Below, piece by piece: positions 11,168 through 23,048 of a stretch of DNA of 64,000 nt. The stretch spans positions 8,618,001-8,682,000 of the forward strand of contig CM022665.1 of assembly GCA_012295275.1 (NCBI GenBank), read 5' to 3'. The notes beneath the pieces are model-generated. The model had not been told where the DNA came from, did not search any database, and was given only the letters and a program-made list of their open reading frames with translations. A program made the translations under genes and the position numbers. The DNA is from Chrysomallon squamiferum. Taxonomy: Eukaryota > Animalia > Mollusca. How positions within the stretch are numbered: the first letter of the stretch is position 1; every line of letters begins with the position of its first letter.

Positions 11168-14100
11168 TCAATAATCAAACTTCAATTTTCTTGGAGTCAT
11201 GAACTTTTTAACAATTTCATCTGTGACTTGGGCTCGTTTTTCTCTGTGCTGGGAGACAAGTTCTTGTAATATACCAATCAGTTCTTTCTTCAGATACCCT
11301 GTCAACAACTCTCCACTTGAATAGTCCTAAAATAAGCATGTGTAATAAATAAATTTATGTGTTCAAGCTTAAATTTGGACAGATTATTCAAATTTGCCAA
11401 ATTGATCTTTAATATTCCAATTAGTTATTCTTTGGATAATATAATTTTGGAATGATAATTAATATACAAACATAAATAGATGCTTAAACATCTAAAAATT
11501 ACTTTGGTCTAAAACTGGTATGAGAAAATGTTATGAATTACATTACTACTGCTCTTTCAATCTGAATTTGAATCTACTTTATCTAACTGAAACTAATCAT
11601 TTTATAAACAATAGTAGTGGCAGGGGAAATAACTGTTTATGAGATAATTACGTTTCTGATCTTCTCTAGCCGTTCATCATCATCCAAGAAGAAAGTCAGG
11701 TATTGGTAAGATACATCAACATCACAGTTACCTCCCTTCTCTCTGTGTTCTTCAACTGTTGCACCACCTCCAGAGAATGCATATTTGTTTATCTGCAGAA
11801 AACAAAAACTATCATACAATTTTATAATTACCTGAATTACTCACCTTTCATCATAAGTTAAACTAATAAATAATTATTATTTTAAGATTTACATATACAT
11901 TTTTTTTTTTATTTAAACAAAAAACTAAAAAGTATTCAGAAAATAAATGATTTGTTCAGTTTGAACTTCTAAAAGGATCTTTCTGCAAGTGTTTCAGATA
12001 AATAAGATTACTTTATTATGTTAAATAAAATTACTTTGTCTTTTATTTTTTTGTTAGTGTCTGTCAAGAATATAGACGAGTTCGGATCACTGGCACTCAT
12101 TTTGCTTTGGGCTCCTTGCAAGGCAGGGAAGAATGTAGAATGAAGCAATGCTGGTTTGTGACAACCCATACGTGGGGCAACATCTCTTGTCATTCGGAAA
12201 TATGGATCCTGTTAAGAAAAATATATTTTTATTAATTATTAGAAATGTCCCCACAGCAAAATGGGGAAAATTCCACAGAAATGTATGGATCACATATTTA
12301 ATTGATGTAACATAATGTTTTAGATGATTAGCCTTAAGTACTGCTACCAACAACTGACCAAAGAGTTTAAAACTGTTTTTCTGTTAATAATAATTAATTG
12401 ATGTTACAAAATAAACACTAGTAGAAATGGTTTTTAAACCAATTTTATATACTTCCAATAAATAAGAACTTTTTACTTCTAATAATTTTATAAAAGTGGT
12501 GTGTTTGTACCTGATCAATGGCACAGGGAATTAAGCAAGGTATATCAGCTCTTTTGTTAAATATGAGTGGAAACGAGGAACTAAAACTTGGTGATGCCTG
12601 GATTGCTGGGAAACTTATTTTTCCTATACAATCACTATCACCAAAACCAAAAATTCCTTTTACTTGATTGAATGTTACTAACTTCTGAACACGGCACATA
12701 TTCTTGTAAAACTCAGGACAAGTTCTGCAAAATAAAAAATAAAAAATTCTGTACTGTTTACAATAAATATTACTTCTGTTCGCAGTCCTGAATTTTATCT
12801 TTTTAAGTGACAATTTCATCTGATGTTAGGTACACCCATGCTGGACTGGTCAATAGGTAGAGGCAAGACAATACAGACTAAGGATGAGGTAACCCTAACA
12901 GAAACTTTGAGTGATGAAGACAGAAGTATTGGCCACATGGCACTCTAATAGACCACAATACTATGCATCAACAACTATTATGATTACATGTCACTTTTCT
13001 AACATCATGTAGTTGTCAACCAATTGAATTATATTAAATGTATCAGCAAAAGTTGTGTCTCTTTGTTTCTGTCATCTTCAAATGTAGCAACAAGCAGCAT
13101 GTGATACATAAAGTTTTTGAAGATGTTAAAGTAACAGGTGACAAATCATATTTAATTAGATTCATAATGGTACAGCTGTTTATGAGAGAAACATTACCCA
13201 ATGTAATCAATATCACTGAAGATGAAAGTTTTGTCAATATCAAATCCAAGTGCTATGATGTCTTTAGCATTTTCATAGGCCAGTCTATTTGCCTCTTCCA
13301 GTGTCAGATCCTTCCACAGAAATTTCTCATCATCAGTCAACTGTATGACTAATGGAACATCAAATGTTTCCTGTAACCATCTGTTTAAATAAAAGTTCAA
13401 GTTTATATTAAAAATATTTTATCACCAAACAAAAATATATACACTAATACATTTATTGTATTTTACAAAGTAAATATAGAAGTAATGGTCACTTTGGTTT
13501 TACATGTTTCCCACAGGTCTTTAAAATCAACAAAAGTCCAGCATTTGAAAGCTGTCAAATATATGTATTTAAATTTTCTTAAATTTCAGGAAAATATTTT
13601 GCAGTTAACAACTTTTCAGAAGAAAACAAATATTCATTTTTACCAAAGTTCTGTTCTTTATTTACATCACATCACTATTTTGTTTAAAACTGTATTTTAT
13701 CAGAACTCCAGTGGTGATTGTAATGTTATGTTGAGGGCAATGTATGCCAGGAACAATGTCATAATCCTTTTTTTCTTCATGGATATCAACATGAATCTGA
13801 TTAACATTAAGAGTTATTGTCAATACATAAATTATTCAAGGGAATAATTTATATTTCATTATCATGCAATACATATACTTCTGTCTTACCCATGGTTTCA
13901 ACTCTAAGAAAACTGTGCAGCTATTCACCTACTTACAACCTTTGCATTTATGTCTGTTCATAGGTGCAACCACAAACAAAACAACTGAATGAAAAAAAGC
14001 TTAAAATAAGAATTGTAACAATATTGTTTGCTGAAACGACACAAATTTTAAAATTGTATTAACTTAGTAAAGATGAAGGGTATGAGATGTCCCATATGCA

Positions 14101-14186
14101 TTGAGTCAGATGATGGTCCCCGACCTGTATACAGATAGAATGGTTGTTTTTTTTCATACATATCCAAGATCAAGTTCAAGTCTCTG

Positions 14187-14223
<37 letters not shown>

Positions 14224-15364
14224 ATGAAATCATTGAAATGAGATGAAAAAAAATAATATTAATAAGAATATAAAAAGTAAAACATATACATTTGATTGAA
14301 TATTAACAATAGCAAAATTTTAGTCACATGCGTATGTTTATATACAGCATGAACCAATGGTAAAATAAATCATTTTGAATAGGATTCAAACATCTCAAAA
14401 ATGTATTTAGACAAAAATAAAATTAATTATTCCAAAAATTAGTGGGTACTGGAAGATGAGTAAGGTAAAACTAATTAGCTATTTACATAATCATGATAAT
14501 GTAAATTTAAACACCTATGTGAAAAGAAAATTCCACGTCTAATGAAGTGGTGTGCAGGCTTGCCTGTGACCTGTTCCATTTTTCTGATAAGGGCTTCATC
14601 AACTTTTTGACTTCCAAATCGTTCTGTAAGAAAAAGGAAAACATCATTATCATAATAATAGTTTAAAAATCGTACCTAATCGTTCTAAGAAAGATTTACC
14701 AGTGAACAATATATCCTCTTAATGTATGAAAATGCTTGCACATATTATAAATATATTTGAGCTTATTTAAGAAAACAAACAAGTCTCTTTTTTTCTTTTT
14801 TTTTTTTTTTTTTTTTTTTTTAGATAATTCTTTTATAAATAGTTTGATATTACAGCTGAAAATTTCTAGATTCATTTTGTTTTGGTTGGGTATTTTCTTC
14901 TTTTTTTTTTTTTCTTTTTTTTTAAAAAAAAAAAAAAAAATATACATGTATCTGTGACATTTTCTTTAACTTAAAAAGATTTATCAAGTTTACAGTAGCA
15001 CAGTTCCTTTTACCTCAGTCACATGTTCTATGGAATTATTATTTTACAGATTTTATATACAGATAACAATACAATATTATTATAAAATAAATTAATATTT
15101 ATGATATATAGTTGTCATATAATTATAATAATTATTAATAGTTTTCACTGAACAGTTTTGAGTTTAAATTTACTAATCAGTAATAAGGATAACAAAGTGA
15201 TAAATCTGAATTCTTAATTGACATCACTCACTGATAAGTTTGTCATAATCAACACCCTTTGCCGAACTGCCTTGTACATCCCACGGCGTAACCAAATCCT
15301 CGTCCACGTTCTGGCCGTCTCCTATTTGTAAATCTGCTATCTGTTTTTCCTGTGAATCAGTCAT
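11168..15364 (-). CDS. WARS1: Tryptophan--tRNA ligase, cytoplasmic (410 aa). Exons 15364-15232, 14623-14515, 14183-14064, 13380-13198, 12724-12511, 12208-12035, 11792-11652, 11326-11168
   Basis: [36 protein letters not shown] (HIGH), [36 protein letters not shown] (KMSKS), KYAFSGG, FMTPRKL. Eight exons joined by GT-AG introns give 1233 nt in frame. Confidence 0.97.
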
Positions 15365-15650
15365 TTTGATCTGATTTTTTTTTTTACCTTAATGCTAACA
15401 AATGTTCCTGACTGTATAATTATTTCAATCCATACGTCAACGTAATGATCATTTTTTCAAACGATTACATATGTGCATGAATCATAGCGGTTAGCAAACC
15501 CGAAACCGGAAGAAGCATGCTATAACGTATATGCTATTGAAAAAGATGTTATTATTGGTTTGTAGCTTTTTATCGCAAAGTCAAACATTCGTGGTGATTG
15601 GTTAATTCATTCGACATTGACCAAGATGTCTGCGTCCACGAAAGACGTAA
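15365..15650. promoter_or_regulatory. Bidirectional promoter shared by WARS1 and WDR25
   Basis: A CpG-retaining segment between divergent genes, with an ETS-like CCGGAAG (~15506), two inverted CCAAT boxes (ATTGG ~15554 and ~15597), a CRE-like TACGTCA (~15432) and a YY1-like CAAGATGTC (~15622) followed by a GT donor at 15647. Confidence 0.65.
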
Positions 15651-16207
15651 TTACTTTGTTTTTTTCACAAAATATACCTTCAAATTTATTTCAGATAACT
15701 TTATCTTGATAATGCACATATCACATATATTTACAGCTTTGTTTTGCATTCATACATCACAGTGTCACTGAGGATCTTGTGTGTTAATTAAACTTACTTT
15801 GTTTTAACCTGCATGTGACACCGTGTAGTGCTCAGAGCGGGAAGAGACAAACTGAAAGTTAGGAATACATTTAGTCATATATTTCTACTACAGCATATTT
15901 GTTTTACTTTGAGATTGTGATATGACCTAAAACATAAACTAAAAATAAGATGATAACTGTGTTATAATCATATGTTTTTAATTACTTAAGTAATTTAATG
16001 TTTTCTGGAATCATTTTTTTATTATATGCTGGATTATAGTGGATACAGTTATTCGATTTGAAACAACACTTTTGAACTAGTTTAATTTTATGGTTGTTTT
16101 TTTTTTTTTATTATTATTTTTATAAAGATAATATTTGTACTGATATGGAAATTTCAGTTTTGCATTTAAATATTTTAAATTTGATATAACATTTGAAACT
16201 TTCCAGA

Positions 16208-19200
16208 ATGGAAGCTATTGAAAATTACAATACTGATTCTGATAATGACAGTGGAGATGAGGAAGTTAATTCTGAAACAAGCCAAATACAAATTTTAGAA
16301 GGTTCATCCGTATCTTTAAAACCTGTGGATTTCTTTGGTTTGGAAAACAATGAGGACAGTGATGAACCACTAAATAAAAAAATTAAATGTGAAAAAGAAG
16401 ATAAGAATGATATGGTCATAGTGCAAGGAAATCCCATTGAAATACCAAAGTCAGACTTCTGGAAAGATATGACACATAAACAAATTGTCTTTATAAACAA
16501 TTCAAACAGTTGTGAAAGCCATCAGAATGTAAAACCAGGAAAAACAATTATTACCTCCAAAAATTCAAACCATTCAAAAAGAGCAGGTTCTGTAAATTCC
16601 ACAGTTAAAAGAACATTAGAAACATCAGCAAAAAACAATTCAGGAACATCATCTACATTTTCTACTAACAAACCTAAATATGTAAAGGCAAAGCCAGTTA
16701 ATTTAATACCATTAAAACCAGCTGTTCATTCAGTATCAGACTCAGTGCCATTACTGAGCATTATTCCATCCAGTCAGACTTCACAAAATGTACAGGAAAA
16801 GTCAAATTTTACAGGAGTTTTATCAAATGCTTCTTCTCAAGTATTATATAATATAGTACAGTCACCACAGACAGTCCAGGCAGTGATACAGAGTAGTCAT
16901 GCAGCAATACCTTCCACAAATACAGAAGCTACAAATGTAGTACAGCAGATACAAGTTTCAGGAACAGATTCTACTTTGAGAGCAATGCTTAACAGCCCAT
17001 TTGCGCCATTACAACCAAAACATAACACGAGCTGTCAAGGAAATAATTTTCCAACACCATGTTTAATATCCAACATTCCAAATACAGTTCAGATCCCTAT
17101 TCAGACACTGCTTATACCTGTTCAAGGTGATCAGCCTGCCAAACTTGTTCAGCTGTTTCCAACAAACAGTCCATCAGGTCAGAATGTACCACAAAAAAAT
17201 GTTAAAGATAACCAACCACAGACTCTACCTTCTGTTGTTCCATTAATAAATTTGATTCCTGCCACACAGCAAATAACATTGCTTGTTCCTTCAAGTCAGT
17301 CCTCTGACGACTTGACACAGAGAGGCAAGTCTGATCCCAACAGACAGGTTCCAGGAGCTCAGCAGTTACAAGATTTAGCTATGCAGTTTAGCTCACAAGA
17401 TAAAATGAAATCAGAGTTATTGAGACTTTTGCAGTGTCCTGTTTCCTCATTGCCTGTAACGTTAAACACTTCCACTTTGGAAGCAACTGCTGACAATACA
17501 CAAAATATTCAGACAAATGCAAATAGTTTTAAAAGAACACTTCCTAAAGCCACAAATTCAGACTTTAATAAGGTATTTTCAGGAAATGAAATGTTTAACA
17601 TTGAAGGAAAAGTGACGTGTTTGTTAAACAAACCTGTTATAAAAAAGAAGCCGCCAACTCGACTTGAAAGATCCTTTTTTGGTCATGTATCCATGATAAA
17701 TAGGATCAAATGGAATCAAAGCCAGTATAGTCATCTGTTACTGTCTGCTAGCATGGATGGAACATTTAAGGTTTATAATGGACTAAGCAGTTCAAACACA
17801 GATGCTGTTCTTCAAGTGTGTAAAAGCCATTCTAAAGCTATTAAAGATGCAGAATGGAATGGTGAGGGCAGATCAGTGCTAACCTGCAGTTTTGACCAAA
17901 CAGCTGTAATAACAGATGTTGAAACAGGTATTTTTGAAGATGTAAAATATATTTTTAACATGCTTCTCAAATTTACAAAAAATAATAATAATTGAATTTT
18001 TATTTGTTGTTGGTATTGATTGCATTTTCAGATTTATTACTTACCTTTTAAATCAGATTTATAAGATTTTACAGATTCATGAAAACTCACAATCATAGGC
18101 AAAACATTTTTTAAGTATTTCAAAATTTATGGATTTGAATGTCATCTTTAGTTATTTCATTGCTAAATGTTAAGATAAGATTTTATTATCTTCTTTGTAA
18201 AGAATAAATTGCTTTTATTAAATAAAAATTCTTTCTTTTTCTAGGGAACATCCTTTGTAAACTACCACATGATTCCTTTGTTTCTTGTGGAAAATTTCAT
18301 CCACTCCTTGATAAAACTGTTGTCACAGGTTCAAAAAATTTAATTCAGACCTGGGACATTCGTATGCCAGACAAGCCAGTCAGAATATTCAAATATAAAG
18401 ATAAACTGGGTCAAGTAAGAGTTTGATTGTTGAGTATTTCTTTGATATGATAAATTCTGCTTGTTATATGCCCATCTGTGGCAGAAGTATTTATTTTCTG
18501 TTGTGAGAGAATTTTGAAAGTGCATTTATAAAAAAAACAAATCAGAAAATATATATATTTACCTCACCCTTTAATTAAATTATGGAAATTTAAATAGACA
18601 TTTGTTGTTTAATTATATTTGTTCATTTTTATATATATATATTTAAATTTGCTTGTTTTGTAGATTCAAGATGTTTTGTTTTGTAAAGATGGTCAGCAGC
18701 TTTTCAGTGCCAGTGGAGTTGTTTCAAGAGACTCTGCTGATCGCAGTATTATGGCCTGGGATTGCAGTACAGGTGCTGTGTTGTCAAACCAGATTTTTCA
18801 GGTAAAGCTAAAATATTGGAAAATCATATTTATTTACTTCTACAAAATAAATTTAGTTCTTATCTACTTCAACAGTTCTATTTTAAATGATAACTAGAAT
18901 CACAGATTATTGTATAAATAGGCACTCAAAAGCACCTCTGTTTCTGGCCTGCCATACTATTTTTACCTATTTGTGCTGACTTTTGAACAACTGATTTATT
19001 CTCTGTATGAGATCCTTTCTTAATAAAAACAAAAAGTAAACAATCTAAATTCAGATGACTTCAGTTTCTTAACTCTTGTTGTGCTCTAACAATAGTCTTC
19101 TTATTTGTGATAGTTTAGTCAGTAGTATTTTTCTATGATTGTGGCAGCACCGTGGAAATAATAATGGAATTAGTGTTAGTGGGAAAAATTAAGCTTGGGT

Positions 19201-21494
19201 TTGATATTTGCTTCATAAAGTCCAATCCCACATTTACATTACACATCAGCAAACTTGTAAATACTATTATTACACTGTAATTCATATCCATCCAGCTTTT
19301 GTCCATATTTTCTTTAAACTCGTTGTAAAGTGTTTTGAGCCCCACTCTCAGGAGGAAAGGGCATACAACAACATTTTTATTATTATAATATTACAACTTT
19401 TACTAGCACTAAGATTGTAACTCAATGCTGAAGAAAACTGCAACTTGATAAAAGAAAAAAGAAGATTCCCCCCACCAAAAGATTTTTTAAATTATCTTTT
19501 CTAAATGTATATCATCATCTAGATCTTTTCATTCTGATTAATTTGGTATAAAAACTAATTTTATAGTTGAAGTGAAATTAGGAATTTTCCCCCAAAAAAG
19601 AAAAATGTTATCTAGTGCAAATGAATGATTTTGTGAACTTTGGCTTGACATTCATATGTTAACATACTTTGCAGAGTTATAAAAAAATTTAGACTGAATA
19701 TTTGGTACTCATAGTATCACATATTATGAAATAAACTTGGACAGAGACAGTCAAGATTTCTCCAAAATGGCAATTGTACCAACAAATTAAATATGAAAAA
19801 ATTCTTAATTTTGGAACCATATGACTGACAACTTTGAATTTATCACTGAAATGAAAATGAAAATCACTTTTGAGTACCTAGTATAAGAATAATAAAAATA
19901 CAGTTCTGTTATCTGAAAATATTATTAAAATGTAATGTGAAAATTAGAAAATAGTTTTATGTTCAGATTTGTTTACATGTATAAAAAAAAAGAAAATAGA
20001 AATATTTTAATGTCAGAATAATCTATCTTCATAGTAAAATCTTCTCGTTTTTTATTTATTTCAGGAATGTTATTTATGCACATTAAAATGTAATGTGAAA
20101 GTTAGAAAATGGTTTCATGGTCAGATTTGTTTACATGTATAAAAAGGAAGAAAATAGACTAATCTACCATCATTATAAAATTTATTTCAGGAACGTTATT
20201 TATGCACACGACTAAAGTTGCATCCTGTGAGGGACTTATTTTTGAGTCAGACTCAAGGAGGCTACATTGCTATATTTTCCACAAAATATCCTTATGACAT
20301 GGTGTGGTCAAGGCGATATGAAGGACATAAGGTATGTTATCTGGCCAAATTTTACTTAGTTTCATATCATCATAGTATCCTTTTTATACAGATATTTCAA
20401 AGATGGCCTAAATTTTACTAGTTCAGAGGTACCTTGACTTATGAGTTTTCCAAGTTATGAGCAGTTGCCCAGTCAATTTTTGCTTTGAGTTGCAAGCCAA
20501 AATCCGTGTTATGAGCAAGCTTCAGATACCCTGCTGCAAGTTGGTGCAATGAACAACATAACATCTGGCCAGCATCCCGCATCTCACTTGTTTGCTTCAC
20601 ATGGTTACCTAGCCATGGAAGCATCTCTGTTGTGTTGTGCTCGTGTTTTGTGCAGTATTTGGTCACATTTCCATGGATCCTAAGAAAGTGAGTGCAAAGG
20701 ACAGTGCTGAGAAGAAGAAGTGAATTAAAGCAAGAAATCATAGAAAAACATGAGCAAGGTGTGCGTGTAGTCAACATGGCTAGTCAGTATGAGCATAGTA
20801 CTTTTACAGTATGTACCATACTGAAGCAGAAGGAGTCGATAAAGGCTGTAACTCCAGCCAAAGGCGTTAAAATCATTTCTAAGCTGCGGACCTCTGTCCA
20901 TGAAAAGAGGGAGAAACCCTATCCATGTACACTTTATAAAACCAATTTATTTCTTTACATTCTCTTTTATTTTGTTTTTTTACAATATTTGTCATTTATA
21001 CATGGATTTTTCTTATTTAATAACACGTTACAAAAAATTGGGGTGGTTTTTGGGGGGCTGGGACTGATTAATGGTATTTCATTTAATTTCATTTGGGAAA
21101 ATTGATTTGATATATACAAGCAAACTGAGTTACAATTTCAGTCACTGAACGAATTAAACTCGTAACTCAAGGCACCACAGTGTTTTTAGAGCTATTAAAA
21201 TGTACCACTTATGACATTTTACAATATATTATACAAGTGATATATATTTGTCTGTGTACTGTTTATTTACAGACTGATGGTTATGACATTGGTTTTGACA
21301 TAAGTACAGATGGCAGTGTGGTGGTGAGTGGCAGCACTGATGGCATTCTTCACTGTTACAGCAATTTCACTGGTAAACTCTGGCGCACACTGAAAACTGG
21401 GTTTGATGTCTGCCTTGATGCTGCTTTCCATCCTGTGCTTCCAAGTACTGTTGCTTGTTGCAGTACACAAGGACAAATAAAGATTTTCCATTGA
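16208..21494 (+). CDS. WDR25: WD repeat-containing protein 25 (about 796 aa). Coding exons 16208-17927, 18245-18414, 18664-18801, 20191-20331, 21273-21494
   Basis: The N-terminus resembles the 'Y.DSD.D' start of WDR25. WD40 repeats: GHVSMINRIKW..YSHLLLSASMDGTFKVYN, HSKAIKDAEW, VSRDSADRSIMAWD..GAVLSNQIFQERYLC, RRYEGHK..GYDIGF, FHPVLPSTVA. GT-AG phases are consistent, and it lies divergent from WARS1 as in human. Confidence 0.93.
19924..20208 (+). repeat. Diverged tandem duplication (about 158 + 127 bp) spanning the acceptor of WDR25 exon 20191-20331
   Basis: attaaaatgtaatgtgaaa...tttatttcag|gaa(t/c)gttatttatgcac occurs twice, with units starting at 19924 and 20082. Confidence 0.85.
20424..21180 (+). 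mobile_element. Tigger/pogo-family non-autonomous DNA transposon (internally deleted) in the last WDR25 intron
   Basis: TIRs cagaggtaccttgacttatgag (20424) and the reverse complement of 21159-21180 (ctgtggtgccttgagttacgag) match at 17/22. From the ATG at 20673 it encodes MDPKKVSAKDSAEKKK, then in another frame ELKQEIIEKHEQGVRVVNMASQYEHSTFTVCTILKQKESIK, a CENP-B-type N-terminal HTH. No DDE domain remains. Confidence 0.85.
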
Positions 21495-23048
21495 TTCAAA
21501 AAGAGCATTACAATAAAAATCTGATTCTGATAAAAATCCATTATCTGAAATTCTGAAATCTAAAACTTTATTTTATATTTTTTTTAATCAGCTAGAGGTT
21601 GATAGCTTTCAGATGCTTCAGTAAATACAAACTTTCTTTCAAAATATTTATTCAAGATGTTGGATAAAACTATTTTCAGGCTATGTCTGTAAGTTGTATA
21701 TGAATTATAAAGAGATTAAGACTGGAGTCTCATTATATTCTAAAATAAAACAAAATTCTGCAGTTGAAGACACTTACAATAAGGGTGCTCAACCTTTATT
21801 TCTACAATTTCCCACAACTGTTTTTTTTTTTCTTTTGTACTTATTTAATTTTTATATATATATGTGTGTGTGTGTGTGTGTATATTATTTTTATTTTATT
21901 TTTTTGTAATATTTTATAACTAATGATTTGATCACAGTATTGTTATATTACTATAATTACTACTTCTTATATATATTGTTTTTTAATTATCCAGACTTTT
22001 GTCAGATAGATTGATGATAATGTACTATTGTTGTTATAAAATATAATTCATTGTTCCTACAAAATATGTTGTTTGTTATTTGTAATATATGTGTTCTTGG
22101 TAGTGAGCTGAATTTATGTGGGACCTACAAATCTTATCTGAGGTTTCATGGCTTACAAGATCAGCCCAGCTTAACACATTTATTTGAGCCATGCCATCCA
22201 TATGTATAAAGTATATTATAAAGCTGTGGTTTTTGTTTTAATCCTTCCAGCTAGAAGATAAAAAAAAAAAATTATTCGTGAATAGCTATTAGTATTGCAT
22301 AGTGAGTTCCTCTCTCATCCATTCACATCAACAATACTGAATAATGCAAAAATATTTTTAGTGAAGTTGAAATAAAAGTAAGTTTTATTTAAATATTCTA
22401 AAAACAGGACATGTATTATGCTGAAATTAGATGGCTGATATCAACAACAAAAAACCCACCAAAACTAAACATTATAGAAAACTGCAAGATTTCTGTAACA
22501 ACTATTTCAAAACAGAACTAAAGTTACTAATGTTAACTTTTTTTTTTTTTTTTTTTTTTGAAGGCAAGAAACAAGTACCAAACTATCATAAACTGGAAAT
22601 ATATAAACTTAATTTAATTTATTTTATTATTATTATTATTTTATATAAATTACTTTTTCAAAACGTTGAAAATGGTATATGAGAAAAACAGCAAACGAGA
22701 GAAGGGAAATTATTACAGAACAATTAAAAATGAAGGCTATTTCCACCTCGCAGAAACATAGATACATGCTTAAATGAAATAATATTTTTAAATGTAATTT
22801 TAGAACATATTTTAAAACTCTAATGATGCATTTGTATGATAAACATCCCTGAATATTTTGTAGCAAAGTCAAAAAGATAACCGTCTGACATTTTACGCTT
22901 TATTCTCAATCTCTGTTATTTTTGGTTGGTTCTGCGATTATCGGAGGAAACTAAGATGAAAGACAATAGGCGTATCATTATTGAAAAGCAGTGTTAAGAA
23001 ATGTAAACAGTAACCAAAATTGAATAAGAGAACAAGATAATTTTTGAA

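Noticed and set aside
14187-14222. Long poly-A as a retrocopy tail
   Set aside because: It is the polypyrimidine tract of the WARS1 exon 3 acceptor on the minus strand.
15232-15364. WARS1 lacks the N-terminal WHEP domain
   Set aside because: Expected for invertebrate cytoplasmic TrpRS, so not unusual.
20375-20384. GTATCCTTT U12-like donor in the last WDR25 intron
   Set aside because: It is 43 nt downstream of the in-frame GT donor at 20332, its use would frameshift, and there is no U12 branch site before 21273.
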